A stretch of DNA of 41,857 nt from an uncultured Verrucomicrobiota bacterium (GTDB lineage: Bacteria; Verrucomicrobiota; CALLYA01), in the NCBI GenBank assembly GCA_937875495.1, contig CALLYA010000069.1:1-41857 (forward strand), given 5' to 3'. Both the position numbers and the translations under genes were made by a program. Below the pieces are notes generated by a model, which worked only from the letters and a program-made list of their open reading frames with translations, was not told the origin of the DNA and made no database searches. Below are positions 1 through 10,400 of this stretch, one piece after another; position 1 is the first letter of the stretch, and the number at the start of each line of letters is the position of its first letter.

Positions 1-54
1 TTAATCGAGTTAATCGAGTTAATCGAGTTAATCGAGTTAATCGAGTTAATCGAG
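1..54. repeat. Tandem array (TTAATCGAG)x6, truncated by the window edge, followed by AGAATCGGG and a G-rich tract
   Basis: Six perfect 9-mers read directly. The same unit recurs at 32401-32454. Confidence 0.95.
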
Positions 55-211
55 AGAATCGGGGAAGGGAGGGAAGGGAGGGAAGCAGGGGATTATGCGT
101 GAACAAAACGTCTACAAACCCGTCACCGGCCCAACTCTCGACCTGGCATACTCCCACAGCCACAACCGATCTCCGCCCTCTTTCCCAGGTGTCATCGGGA
201 GGGCGCAGTGG

Positions 212-1348
212 TTAAACAAAGCCCCATTTGTGGGTGACGCGGAAGTCGTTGTCGAAGGCGACCATGCGTGCGGGCTGATTGAGTTGGATGGCGCCTATTT
301 CCGGCAGTTGGAGCAATTCGGAGGGGACGGTTGTCACGCTGTTCCAGAGTTGAAAGAGCGGTTCGGAGGTGAGGGCCTGCATATTGCGGATGACATCGAA
401 GATGAGGCGGTTGGAGCCGATCAAGGTGCCTGATTGGGTATAGCGGACCCCGTTGGTTCCGGATTCGACGGTGTGGCCGAAATAGTGGTAGTTGCCGTAG
501 TTGAGGCCTGCTGAGATGACCGCGTCGGTGATGAGGATGCGGCGAGCCGGGGAGAGAGTGGTGGAACAGAGCTGCAGCATTTCGGGTGTGACATGGACCC
601 GGTCACCGTTGAGTTCGAAGTAGACCTCCTTTTCGAGAAACGGGAGTGCGGCCATACCGATGTCTTTGTGTGAGAGGCCGGACATTGCGTTGAAGAGGTG
701 GGTCGTGTTGAAGGGTCCGCCGTCGAGGGCGGCCACGGACTCTGCGGCGCTGGCGAGGGAGTGTCCGAGGCAGGGGATGACGCCGTGCCGGCGCAGGATG
801 GGCACGAGCTGCGCAGTGCCGGGGATTTCCGGGGCGAAGGTCATCATACGGACGTGGCCACGGCCCATTTCGAGGATCTGCTCGAGGCGTTCCGGATTGG
901 GTGGCTCGATCATCTCCGGCTGGATGCCGCCGCGTTTTTTGGGGTTGATGAACGGGCCTTCGAGGTAGATCCCGGGGACAAACCGGCGCAGCCACGGTTT
1001 TGCATCGAGTTCGGCGGCGATGCGTCGGAGCGGCGGTTCGGAGAAGGCGAGGGTTGGCATGACCCAGCCGATGCCGCGGTCGAGGAGGAAGCGGACCCCA
1101 TTCTCGAGGATATCGGGGGTATCGGTTTCGAAGCCGAACGTGCCGGCGCCGTGGATATGGATTTCGATCGGAGCTGCTGCGAGCCATTGCCCGGCGAGGT
1201 CGACGGTCGGGAGGGGCGGGGTTTCGGTGGAGGCGTTGGGCGGGCCGATAGAGGTGATGATCCCCTGATCGACGATCACTTCGGCACCTTGGATCTCACG
1301 GTCTTGCTGAAGGAGGCGGGCATTGATGATACGGCAGGAGTCGGCCAT
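212..1348 (-). CDS. nagA: N-acetylglucosamine-6-phosphate deacetylase (amidohydrolase family)
   Basis: Motifs EIHIHG, LEGPF, TFAPE, GHS, THLFNAM, ITDA. Start moved to ATG 1348 because GAGGA lies just upstream. Confidence 0.85.
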   Translation of the reverse strand: MADSCRIINARLLQQDREIQGAEVIVDQGIITSIGPPNASTETPPLPTVDLAGQWLAAAPIEIHIHGAGTFGFETDTPDILENGVRFLLDRGIGWVMPTLAFSEPPLRRIAAELDAKPWLRRFVPGIYLEGPFINPKKRGGIQPEMIEPPNPERLEQILEMGRGHVRMMTFAPEIPGTAQLVPILRRHGVIPCLGHSLASAAESVAALDGGPFNTTHLFNAMSGLSHKDIGMAALPFLEKEVYFELNGDRVHVTPEMLQLCSTTLSPARRILITDAVISAGLNYGNYHYFGHTVESGTNGVRYTQSGTLIGSNRLIFDVIRNMQALTSEPLFQLWNSVTTVPSELLQLPEIGAIQLNQPARMVAFDNDFRVTHKWGFV

Positions 1349-1372
1349 GGGGGTCCTCATTGCTTGGGCTGG

Positions 1373-1858
1373 CTAAGCGATTGACTGGGGGTTGGCGAAC
1401 CGGGTCATGATTTGCTCGAGGTAGAGTTGATCGACGGCATCGAACGCGGCGGGTTGGGTGCTATCGACATCGAAGACGGCGATCAGGCGGTGGTGCGTGT
1501 CGAAGACGGGCACGACGATCTCGCTTTGGGAGCTTGGGTCGCACGCGATGTGTCCGGGAAAGGCGTGGGTATCGGGGACGATCACGGTCTGTTCCGTGGA
1601 GGCGCAGGCGCCGCAGACGCCCTGATCGAACCGGATCCGCAGGCAGCCGAGGGTGCCCTGGTAGGGGCCGATGACGAGGGTTCGGGGGGCGGCATGCCGG
1701 TAGAAACCGGTCCAGAAAAAATGTGGAAGACGGTGATGGAGGATGCAGGCGATGGTGGCCATCTGTGCGGTCAGATCGCTCTCGCCTGAGAGGACGGCAT
1801 GGATCTCGCGAGTGGCTGCCTCATACGCCTGATTCTTGGTTTGCGGTGAGGGGTTCAT
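1373..1858 (-). CDS. msrC: GAF-domain protein, free methionine-(R)-sulfoxide reductase (fRMsr/YebR) family
   Basis: WTGFY, GPYQG..GC, GVCG, HIACD..SQSEIVVP, DVDS. Start at M65 of the listed ORF; the upstream part overlaps the symporter gene. Confidence 0.85.
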   Translation of the reverse strand: MNPSPQTKNQAYEAATREIHAVLSGESDLTAQMATIACILHHRLPHFFWTGFYRHAAPRTLVIGPYQGTLGCLRIRFDQGVCGACASTEQTVIVPDTHAFPGHIACDPSSQSEIVVPVFDTHHRLIAVFDVDSTQPAAFDAVDQLYLEQIMTRFANPQSIA

Positions 1859-2825
1859 GGACAGGGATGGGTTGGTGGTGGTTGGCGAGTGCGGCTGCGA
1901 TCCATGTATCGCTGACCAACTGTGTGACATGGTAGACCAGGATGGGGAGGCTGGCGAGACCGAGTTGTGGGAAGTATTGGCTGGCGACGAAGAGGCCGAC
2001 AGGGAGTGTCTTTTGGCTGCCGCTGAAGGCGACGGCGATGGTGGCTTCACGTGAGAACCTGAAAAGGTTCCGCCCGCTGAACCAGCCGAGGCTCCAGGTG
2101 ATCAGGTGGATGCCGAGGCAGGTCGCCACAAGGGTCAGGAGGAGGCCCATCGGGAGGGGGGTGGTTCGAAAGCGCTCGCCTGCCTTGACCGCTGCGCTGA
2201 GGACCACCAGGAGGATGAGGCAGCGGTTGAGGACGGCGATCGGTGTTTTCCAGCGATCGGCGAGGTCGGAAGCCGGTTGGTTCCGGCGAAGCGCTTGGCC
2301 GAGTCCGACGGGGAACGCGATGACGACGAACATGTTGCGGACCATGGGTCCGAGTTCGAGCTGAACGTCGGTTCCGGTGGTTCCGGCGACCCACGCGCTG
2401 GTGACGACGAAGCAGAGGAGATTACTGGAGAGGGTGACCAGGAGGGCGATGGCCTCTTGGCCCCTGGCGAGGCGGGTCCAGATGACGGCGGAGGCTAGGG
2501 TGCAGGGCACCGCGCCGGCGATGAGGAGTCCGACAGCGAGATCGGTATGATGGTGAAAGAGGGTTCTCGCAGCCAGGAGGGCGAGTCCGGGGACGACGGA
2601 ATAGCCGAGTAGGAGTGCCCAGAGGACGGGTGTGGGGGTGCGCAGGGCGGAGGTGATGGCGGAGCTCGGCATGGAGACAGCGGTGAAGAACATGACCAGG
2701 ATGATCATCAAGCGCAGGGGAAACTGCTCCATTGGACTTGCGACGGCGGGTGCGAGTGTGACACCGAGGAGGAGGACGCCGAGGATGGCGAGGATGAACC
2801 AATGTTTGACGAGGAACTTCTGCAT
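1821..2825 (-). CDS. Bile acid:sodium symporter family (SBF-like) membrane transporter
   Basis: Many hydrophobic segments; PCTLASAVIWT..A.G and FSGSQKTLPVG motifs. The real start is probably MQKFLVKHWF, since the longer ORF reads through a DNA repeat. Confidence 0.85.
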   Translation of the reverse strand: MQKFLVKHWFILAILGVLLLGVTLAPAVASPMEQFPLRLMIILVMFFTAVSMPSSAITSALRTPTPVLWALLLGYSVVPGLALLAARTLFHHHTDLAVGLLIAGAVPCTLASAVIWTRLARGQEAIALLVTLSSNLLCFVVTSAWVAGTTGTDVQLELGPMVRNMFVVIAFPVGLGQALRRNQPASDLADRWKTPIAVLNRCLILLVVLSAAVKAGERFRTTPLPMGLLLTLVATCLGIHLITWSLGWFSGRNLFRFSREATIAVAFSGSQKTLPVGLFVASQYFPQLGLASLPILVYHVTQLVSDTWIAAALANHHQPIPVHEPLTANQESGV

Positions 2826-2893
2826 GATGCGGGAGTGTACCTGATCGCGATGGCCGGGGCAAAGGTCCTGCCTGCGGCCGGACGCCTCGAGCA

Positions 2894-2960
2894 GGAGGCC
2901 GGCTGTGGGTGTGGCGGTGGCGTTGTGATAGAGGACGCTTGGCGTGCTGGTGAGGGGAGG
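2894..2960 (+). repeat. Dispersed intergenic leader motif, copy A (core GGACG-N9-CTGGTGAGGGGAGG at 2933-2960)
   Basis: Aligns by eye with 19825-19892 (+) and, for the core, with 32762-32789 (-). Confidence 0.8.
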
Positions 2961-3002
2961 GTGGACGTTGTGGACGTTGTGGACGTTGTGGACGTTGTGG
3001 AC
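2961..3002. repeat. Tandem array (GTGGACGTT)x4 + GTGGAC
   Basis: Read directly; starts immediately after the leader motif. Confidence 0.95.
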
Positions 3003-3008
3003 AGGCAA

Positions 3009-3074
3009 TCCGACCTCTGACCCTCGCACTTGGGCCTGATGCCCAAGTGCCGCGGCAGGCCTAGTCGTGACGCG
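3009..3074 (-). repeat. REP-like double hairpin followed by GAGGTC(A/G)-type units; homolog of 32056-32208
   Basis: Perfect 10-bp stem GCACTTGGGC/GCCCAAGTGC (3026-3050) plus an imperfect stem at 3051-3074. Aligns with the 32056 unit with compensatory changes. Confidence 0.75.
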
Positions 3075-3218
3075 GCAAGATTCTTCCGTTGATCATGGAA
3101 ATCCTAGAGCCTATTGTAGCGGATCGGATGATGGATCAAGTAGCGAGAACCAAACCGTATTCCATTGCTGAGGGTTAGTTCGGACAGGGATGGTCGGCGG
3201 TCGGCGAGGGAAATTGGC

Positions 3219-4334
3219 ATGAGGATAGACAGAGTACGTTTTGGCCGCTTTGGCGTGGCATGTTTGCTTCTGATCGCGGGCATGGCGGGGGCGGTTATGG
3301 GGCAGGATAGCTACACGGCGGACCCGGCTGGGCCACGGCCCTTTATTCCTCCGCCGCAGGAGGAAAAACCGGACAAGGGTGCACCGTTGGGGGAGGATCC
3401 GGCGGAGTATATCCCGGTGGACGGCCCGCTGGAGGGGATCCTTGGTGATGGTGTTGCCGCGCAAGTGAACGACCGGGTGATTACCATTTCCGAGTTGAAC
3501 ACGGTTTTGCAGGTCGAGATTGAGCGCTTACGCCGGGCGTATTCGGGGCAGGAATTGCGTGCCCGCATCGAGGAGTCGCAGCGGGACGCCTTGGATCAGA
3601 TGATCGAGAAGCGTTTGATCATCGACTACTTCCACCAGCAAGAGTTCGGGATGCCGGCGGAGTACGTGGAGAGCGAGGTCGCCAAGGAGGTGGTCCGGCT
3701 GTTCGGTGGCGATCGCATGGCGTTCCTTCGGGCGTTGCGCAATGACGGCATGACGTACGGTGAATTCCGGGAGAATGTGGAGGAACGTTTGATCGTGCAG
3801 GTGATGCGCTCCCGCATTGTGCGTGAAGTGACGATTCCCCCGGGCCAGGTGATCCGATATTACGAGGATCACAAGGAGGATTTCAAGCAGGCGCCCCAGG
3901 TGAAGCTCTGGTTGATACTGATCGAGGGCGAGGAGGACAGCCCGCAGCGTGCGGCGGCCAAGCAGCGTGCGGAAGAGATTGTCGAGCGGCTGAGCGCCGG
4001 GGAAGCGTTTCAAGATCTTGCGCGGGAGTATTCCTCGGGTGCGTTTCGAGACAAGGGCGGTGACTGGGACTGGGTGGAAAAGGGGACGCTTTTACGTTCG
4101 GACCTCGAGGAGGTGGCTTTCTCGCTCCAGCCGGGGCAATACTCGGAGGTCATTCCCACGGAATCGGGATTTTATATCCTTCGGGTAGAGGATCGCAAGG
4201 AGGCCGGCTATCTTCCGCTCTCCGAGGTTCGACTCCAGATCCAGAAGCGCCTGGAGGATGCGGAGAAGACGAAGCGCTACCGGGATTGGATCGAGAAGCT
4301 CCGGCAGAATGCCTATGTAAAGGTGTACGACTGA
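3219..4334 (+). CDS. surA: SurA-like periplasmic chaperone / parvulin peptidyl-prolyl isomerase
   Basis: Signal peptide; AAQVNDRVITISE SurA_N-like region; parvulin FQDLAREYS...GGD..W and S.VI.TE.GFYI; sits in the surA-pdxA-rsmA order. Confidence 0.85.
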   Translation: MRIDRVRFGRFGVACLLLIAGMAGAVMGQDSYTADPAGPRPFIPPPQEEKPDKGAPLGEDPAEYIPVDGPLEGILGDGVAAQVNDRVITISELNTVLQVEIERLRRAYSGQELRARIEESQRDALDQMIEKRLIIDYFHQQEFGMPAEYVESEVAKEVVRLFGGDRMAFLRALRNDGMTYGEFRENVEERLIVQVMRSRIVREVTIPPGQVIRYYEDHKEDFKQAPQVKLWLILIEGEEDSPQRAAAKQRAEEIVERLSAGEAFQDLAREYSSGAFRDKGGDWDWVEKGTLLRSDLEEVAFSLQPGQYSEVIPTESGFYILRVEDRKEAGYLPLSEVRLQIQKRLEDAEKTKRYRDWIEKLRQNAYVKVYD

Positions 4335-4338
4335 TTTT

Positions 4339-5334
4339 ATGAAGACGATTGGGATTTCATTCGGGGATGTGGCTGGAATCGGACCCGAGGTCGCGCTCAA
4401 GGCGATTGTGCATGCGCGTGTACCGGAGCAGGGGATTCGGTATGTGCTACTTGGGGAGGAGCGCTATTTCCAGCGGCTCTGTGAGGCGATCGGCGAGGAG
4501 TTGGCGCTACCGGTCATTCACTCGAGAAAGGAGCTTGAGGAGCGGGATGACTATGCCCTTTTGCTGGACACGAGTGGACTGGATCTATCGGACGTGGCGT
4601 TCGGCCGGGTGAGTGCGCTGGCGGGGCAGGCGGCGTTGCACTGGATCGAAGAGGGGGTTGCCCTCTGTATGGACGGTGCTCTGGATGCGCTGGTGACGGC
4701 ACCGGTCAACAAAGAGGGCCTTGCGCTTGCCGGCTGCAAGCATGCAGGGCACACGGGGCTTTTGGCGGAGCTGACGGCTGCGAAGTCGCATGTGATGCTG
4801 CTGGTTGGCGGACCGCTGCGCGTGGCCTTGGTCACGACGCACATACCGTTGCGCGCGGTTGCGGACGCGATCACGCGGGAGCGGATCCTGGAGGTCATTG
4901 CGCTGACGAGCCAATGGTTGAAGCGGATTGGGATTCAGAACCCGGTGCTTGCGGTGGCCGGCCTGAACCCGCATGCCGGAGAGAACGGGTGTATGGGCTC
5001 GGAGGAGCTCGAGGTGATTGGGCCGGCGGTGCAGCAGGCGGTGGAGGTCGGGCTCTCGGTGATCGGGCCGTTGCCGCCTGACACGATCTTCTACCGCGCC
5101 TTGAATGAGAATTGGGACGCCGTGGTCTGCATGTATCACGACCAGGGGTTGGGACCGTTGAAGATGTTGGCCTTTGACCAGGGCGTGAACGTGACGCTCG
5201 GGCTACCGATCATCCGGACGTCCCCCGACCACGGAACCGCGTATGATATTGCGGGTCAGGGGGTAGCTTCCCCGGACAGCATGGTGGAGGCGATCAACCT
5301 GGCTTGCCGGGTGGCGGGTGTGGCATCGGAGTGA
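4339..5334 (+). CDS. pdxA: 4-hydroxythreonine-4-phosphate dehydrogenase
   Basis: GDVAGIGPE, TAPVNK, GHT, GLNPHAGE, MYHDQG, RTSPDHGTA. Confidence 0.95.
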   Translation: MKTIGISFGDVAGIGPEVALKAIVHARVPEQGIRYVLLGEERYFQRLCEAIGEELALPVIHSRKELEERDDYALLLDTSGLDLSDVAFGRVSALAGQAALHWIEEGVALCMDGALDALVTAPVNKEGLALAGCKHAGHTGLLAELTAAKSHVMLLVGGPLRVALVTTHIPLRAVADAITRERILEVIALTSQWLKRIGIQNPVLAVAGLNPHAGENGCMGSEELEVIGPAVQQAVEVGLSVIGPLPPDTIFYRALNENWDAVVCMYHDQGLGPLKMLAFDQGVNVTLGLPIIRTSPDHGTAYDIAGQGVASPDSMVEAINLACRVAGVASE

Positions 5335-5377
5335 GTGGGCGGGGTTTGAACGAGACCGGGCGACGGGGAGGTACTGA

Positions 5378-6283
5378 ATGAGCGAACCGGCTTTTTTGGC
5401 GCGTACCCCGTCGGAGGTGCGCCGCGCCATGGCGGCGCTGGAGCTGCGACCGAGCCGGAAGCTGGGGCAGAATTTCCTGATTGACCCTAGCATGGCGCGT
5501 GCCATGGTGGCGGATCTACCCCTGCGGCCGGGCGAGTCTGTGTTGGAGATCGGACCGGGCCTGGGCGCATTGACCGCGGCGTTGTTGGATCATCCTGCGC
5601 AACCGTGTGTGTTCGGCGTGGAGAAAGACTTACGCATGGCCGCCTGGCTCGGGGAGGTCGCGCAGGAATTGCCTGCCGGGCGGCTGTCGATTCTGACTGC
5701 TGATTTTCTGCGCATCGATCGCGATGCGCTCGCCCCGCTGCGATCGGCGATGGACGGTGAGGGCCTGGTTGTGCTTGGGAACCTGCCGTATTCGGTCTCC
5801 ACCCCGATCATCATGCACCTGACAGAGCTTTTGGAGGCGCGCATCCGTTTGGGGCAGTTTCTATTACAATTAGAGATGGCGCAGCGGCTGGCGGCGGTAC
5901 CGGGGAATTCACAGTTTGGGGCGCCGACGGCACGGCTCGGCCTGATGTTCGAGCTGGCGTTGACGCGCAGGGTGCCGCGCAACGTGTTCTATCCGCGTCC
6001 CGACATCGAATCGGCGGTGGTCCGCTTGCGCCCGTTGCCGGAGGAGATGCGGCATTCGCCTGCCTCCCCGGAATGGGCATTGGCGCAGCAGTTGATCCGA
6101 GCGGGGTTCAGCCAGCGGCGAAAGAAGGTGGCCGGTCTCTGTTCGGCGGCGCTGAAGCGGCCGGTTGCCGAGATCGAATCGGGGTTGGAGCGGGTGGGGC
6201 TGCCTGTGGATGTGCGGGCGGAGCGGATCGGCTCCGCGCAATGGATGGCGCTGGCGGCTGCGCTTTCAGCTTCGAAGGTGTAG
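5378..6283 (+). CDS. rsmA: 16S rRNA m6,6A dimethyltransferase KsgA
   Basis: LGQNFL, EIGPGLGALT, GNLPYSVSTP, F.P.P...SAVV, F.QRRK, RAE. Confidence 0.95.
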   Translation: MSEPAFLARTPSEVRRAMAALELRPSRKLGQNFLIDPSMARAMVADLPLRPGESVLEIGPGLGALTAALLDHPAQPCVFGVEKDLRMAAWLGEVAQELPAGRLSILTADFLRIDRDALAPLRSAMDGEGLVVLGNLPYSVSTPIIMHLTELLEARIRLGQFLLQLEMAQRLAAVPGNSQFGAPTARLGLMFELALTRRVPRNVFYPRPDIESAVVRLRPLPEEMRHSPASPEWALAQQLIRAGFSQRRKKVAGLCSAALKRPVAEIESGLERVGLPVDVRAERIGSAQWMALAAALSASKV

Positions 6284-6348
6284 GCTGCTGGACCGGCGAA
6301 CTGGGTGGAACTCGGAACCGCGATGCGGGCAGGGAGGGTTGATAAAGT

Positions 6349-7299
6349 ATGGCGACCGAACCGTTGATGATCTGCAGTGAGAACGGCGCGATCGGGCTGG
6401 AGGCAGGGCTACGGGTGCTGCGCGCAGGCGGGCGTGCCTTGGACGCGCTGGAGGCGGCCGCGTTACCGGTGGAATTGAATCGTCAGGACCGGACGGTGGG
6501 GATTGGTGGGGTTCCCAATCTCTTAAAGCAGGTCCAACTGGACGCCGGGATCATGGATGGCGCGACCTTATCGGTGGGAGCGGTGGCGGCCTTGGAAGGG
6601 TACCTGGAGCCGGTGCGCGTGGCGCGCAAGGTACTGGAGCTGTTGCCCCACTCCCTGTTGGTCGGACCGGGGGCGGCACGGTTTGCGCAGGAGCATGGGT
6701 TCGAGCAGGCGGAGCACCTGACGGCGGAGGCGGAGGCGCAGTGGCGGGCACGGCTGCAGGAGCGGGGTGTCTGGCCGGTGGATGAAGATCATCTGACCGA
6801 GTGTTGCCGGCGGGCGCTGCGTGAGGAGCGCTGGGGTGGGACGGTCAATTTCATTGCATTGGATCGCGCGGGCGATCTCGCCGCTTGTGTGAGCACCAGC
6901 GGCATCGGTTGGAAATATCCGGGGCGGGTAGGGGATTCGCCGCAGGCAGGTGCTGGGTTTTACGCGGACAACCGATGCGGAGCTGCCTGTTGCACCGGCC
7001 GCGGCGAGTTGGCGATCCAGGGGGGGACCGCGCTTCGTACGGTGATCCATCTGGAGCAGGGGTTGGCTCCGCTGGAGGCGGGGACACGGGCGATGCAATT
7101 TCTCCGGCGGGTACGTGACGGCTGGGGAGGCGGCATGAACCTGTTGGTCTTGGATCGTACGGGACGGCATGCGGGTTTCAGCAGCGTGACGGGTCGTAAA
7201 TACGCGTATCAGAGCATTTCGATGGATGAGTATGCCATGGAAGAGCGGACCTGTGTGGAGATCGGCCAAGAGGAGACCCAGGAGCGATATCCCTTTTAG
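6349..7299 (+). CDS. Isoaspartyl peptidase/L-asparaginase or glycosylasparaginase (Ntn-hydrolase, T2 family)
   Basis: LDAGIMDG, putative autocleavage site G-T-V, STSG, GRVGDSP, TG.GE. Confidence 0.88.
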   Translation: MATEPLMICSENGAIGLEAGLRVLRAGGRALDALEAAALPVELNRQDRTVGIGGVPNLLKQVQLDAGIMDGATLSVGAVAALEGYLEPVRVARKVLELLPHSLLVGPGAARFAQEHGFEQAEHLTAEAEAQWRARLQERGVWPVDEDHLTECCRRALREERWGGTVNFIALDRAGDLAACVSTSGIGWKYPGRVGDSPQAGAGFYADNRCGAACCTGRGELAIQGGTALRTVIHLEQGLAPLEAGTRAMQFLRRVRDGWGGGMNLLVLDRTGRHAGFSSVTGRKYAYQSISMDEYAMEERTCVEIGQEETQERYPF

Positions 7300-7447
7300 C
7301 CTTGTCACCCTCATCCCGTCTGGCGGATACACGAGGTCTGGACGAACGTAACCGGTGCACTGCTGAGTCGCGACAGCGCAGCGGGAATCGCAATCGAGGA
7401 GCGCTATGTGGCTCGGGATTCCGAGTCCGGACCAGGGAGACCTACCA

Positions 7448-10400
7448 ATGTTTGAAAGTGGCTCGATGGCAAAGAGGATTTGGGTATCCTCAGCAATGTG
7501 GGTGGTCTTCCTGGCGGCGGGGCATGGCCTGACGATTTCGGAAATCATGTATCATCCGATGGCGTTGCCGGGGGACGATGCTGTGGGCGGGGAGGCGCTC
7601 GAGTATCTCGAGCTGTACAACCCCGGTCCCGAGACGGAGGACCTCACCGGCTATGCGATCGGCGGCGGGGTGAGCTTTGCGTTTCCCGCGGGGACGTTGT
7701 TGGGGCCCGAGCAATGTCTACTGATCGCCAAGAGTCCTGATGCCCTCAATACCTTCTATCAGTTTCTGGGGGTCGACTTTGGGGACGCAGCGGTCTTCGG
7801 TCCCTGGCTCGGGAGCCTGGCGAACAACGGTGAGGTGTTGGAGGTCTATGTCGAGGGTGGCGGCCGATTGCTCCAGATGGAGTATGACGATCGTCGGCCG
7901 TGGCCGGTCGCAGCCGACGGCACGGGACACTCGCTCGAGTTGCTCAATCCGTTTGCAGACCTGAACGCGCCGGAGAATTGGGATATCAGCGATCTGATCG
8001 GCGGCACCCCGGGCGTGCCGGGGGGATTCTCGCGCCCATCCGCGCCGGGCCCCAGCCTTTCGATGGAAGCCTGGACCGAACTCGGTTTTGACGATCGTGA
8101 CTGGTTCCTTGGCTCGATGCCATTGGGGATGGATCCAATGGGGCCGTATCCCATTGCGACGGAGCTGGGCGACATGCTCTTTCTCTATACAACCGTGTAT
8201 GTCCGCCTGCCGTTTTCGGTCTCAACGCAGGACGGATGGAGCGGTTTGGAGCTGGGTGTCTTCTATGACGACGCCTTCATCGCCTACCTCAACGGGCAGG
8301 AGGTCATGCGCTCGACTACGGTCCGTGAGAGTCCGGGTATTGCGGTGCCGCATAACGGGACCAGCCTGAACTTACTGCCAGAGCTCGCCGACTACGCGGA
8401 GTTCGATATCACGGAGCACATGGACAAGCTCCGAGTTGGTGAGAATGTATTGGCGATTCAGGGGGTCAATACGGGGATTTCGAGCAACGACTTCATCCTG
8501 GCTGCGCGCCTGCGGGGATGGCGCGCGGATGGGCCGGTGGAATTCGTGCCTGAGGGCGCCCACGCCGCCTATTTCAAGGGGATTCGTGAGCCGACCGACC
8601 TTGGAGCGGTATCGGCTTTGAACCATCGAATGGGCAGGAAGAAATGGCCCGAGGTCGTGATCAACGAATTGATGTCGGCGGCGACCGGGGGCACTTCGGG
8701 CGACTGGCTGGAGCTGTACAATCGAGGGACGCGGAGCGTTGAGATCGGCGGACTCTGGATCAGCGACGACCGGGATCAATTGGTCGAAGGTACCGCCTTC
8801 CAAATCCCGTTTGGGACGGTGCTTGAACCGGGTGCCCACATCCAATTCGACCGTGAGCAACTGCAGTTTGGGCTGAGCTCGTTAGGAGAGCGGGTCTTTT
8901 TGACATCCGCGGACGGCTCGCGGGTGTTGGACGCGGTCCGATTCGATGAGCAGCTCCTGCTGGATCACAGTTTCGGCCACTATCCCGACGGGGCGGAGGA
9001 GTGGGTGACCATGAGTCAACCCTCACCGGGCGGTGCGGCCGTGTTCTCGTTCGAGGGCGGTGTGATCATCAATGAGATCATGTATCACCCGATTTCGGAT
9101 CTGCCGGAGGATGAGTATCTCGAGTTGTACAACCGGACTGACGCGGCGATCGATCTGAGCGGCTGGAGTTTGAGCAAGGGGATTTCGTTTGAGTTCCCGC
9201 AGGGCACGCTCATACCGCCGGGGGAATGGCTGGTGGTGGCCAAGGATCCGACATGGATCGCAGCGCGTTATGGGATCGGCAACGTGATCGGTCCCTTCAG
9301 CGGCCAGCTTTCGAACAGTGGCGAATGGATCCGGCTTGTGGATGCCTTGGGCAACCGGGTGGATGAGGTCAGGTATTACGACGGCGGAGATTGGCCCAAG
9401 GTCGCGGACGGTGGTGGTTCGAGTTTGGAGCGGATAGATCCACGGGATCCGGCGACGAGCGCCCCTGCATGGGCGGCGAGCGATGAATCGACCAAATCCG
9501 AATGGATTACGTTTTCCCACACATCGACGCTCACGCGATGGTGGGAGGCGTTTGAGAATGAGCTGCACCTGTTGGTGACCGGGCGGGCGGAGATGCTGTT
9601 GGACGAGCTGAGCATGCGTTTGAGCAGCGTGGAGATCCTCCCGAACGGTTCGTTTGAGGACGGCGTGAACGGGTGGAAGATCGAGGGCACGCTGATTGAC
9701 AGTTATGTAACGGCGGCGGAGAGCACGGACGGTGTCCACGCCTTGCGTCTGGTCTCTTCCGGCCGTGGGGATACTGCGTGCAATCGGATGGAAGCGGAGA
9801 CCACCAGGGTTTTAAAGCAAGGAGCGACTTACACGATCAGCGGGAAGGCCCGTTGGCTCAGTGGCGACCCGATCCTCATGGTGCGCACGCATGCACAGGG
9901 GATTGCCTTTACGGTCGACCTGCCGGTGCCGGAGCGGCTGGGGACGCCTGGGGCCGGCAACAGTGCCTGGCGGGCGAATCGTGGACCGACGATCACCGAT
10001 GTGATGCACCGGCCGGCGGTCCCTGTTCCGGGCGAGCCGGTGTTGGTGACCGCGCGGGTCGAGGATGTGGACGACCTGGATTCGGTGCAACTGCTCTACC
10101 GGCTGGACGGTGTGGATCCGGATTTCCTTGCGCCGGTGCGGATGGTTCCGACGGGTGATCCTGCGGCGGGCATCTTCACCGGTTACATCCGGGGGCAGGC
10201 CAAGGACCGACTGGTCGCCTTTCGGGTGGTCGCGGTGGATGGCGCGGGTGCGACCGCGAGCTATCCGCCCGAGGGCGCTGGGTGGGACTGTCTCTACTGG
10301 GTCGGAGGGCAGCAGGCCTCGCAGTTCGGGCGCTATCGGCTGCTGTTACCGCAAGCGACGACCCAGGAACTGCAGGCGCGCCCGGCCATGAGCAATCATC

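Noticed and set aside
2826-3029. N-terminal extension of the symporter (VHNVHNVHN)
   Set aside because: It is the translation of the GTGGACGTT array; family similarity starts at MQKF.
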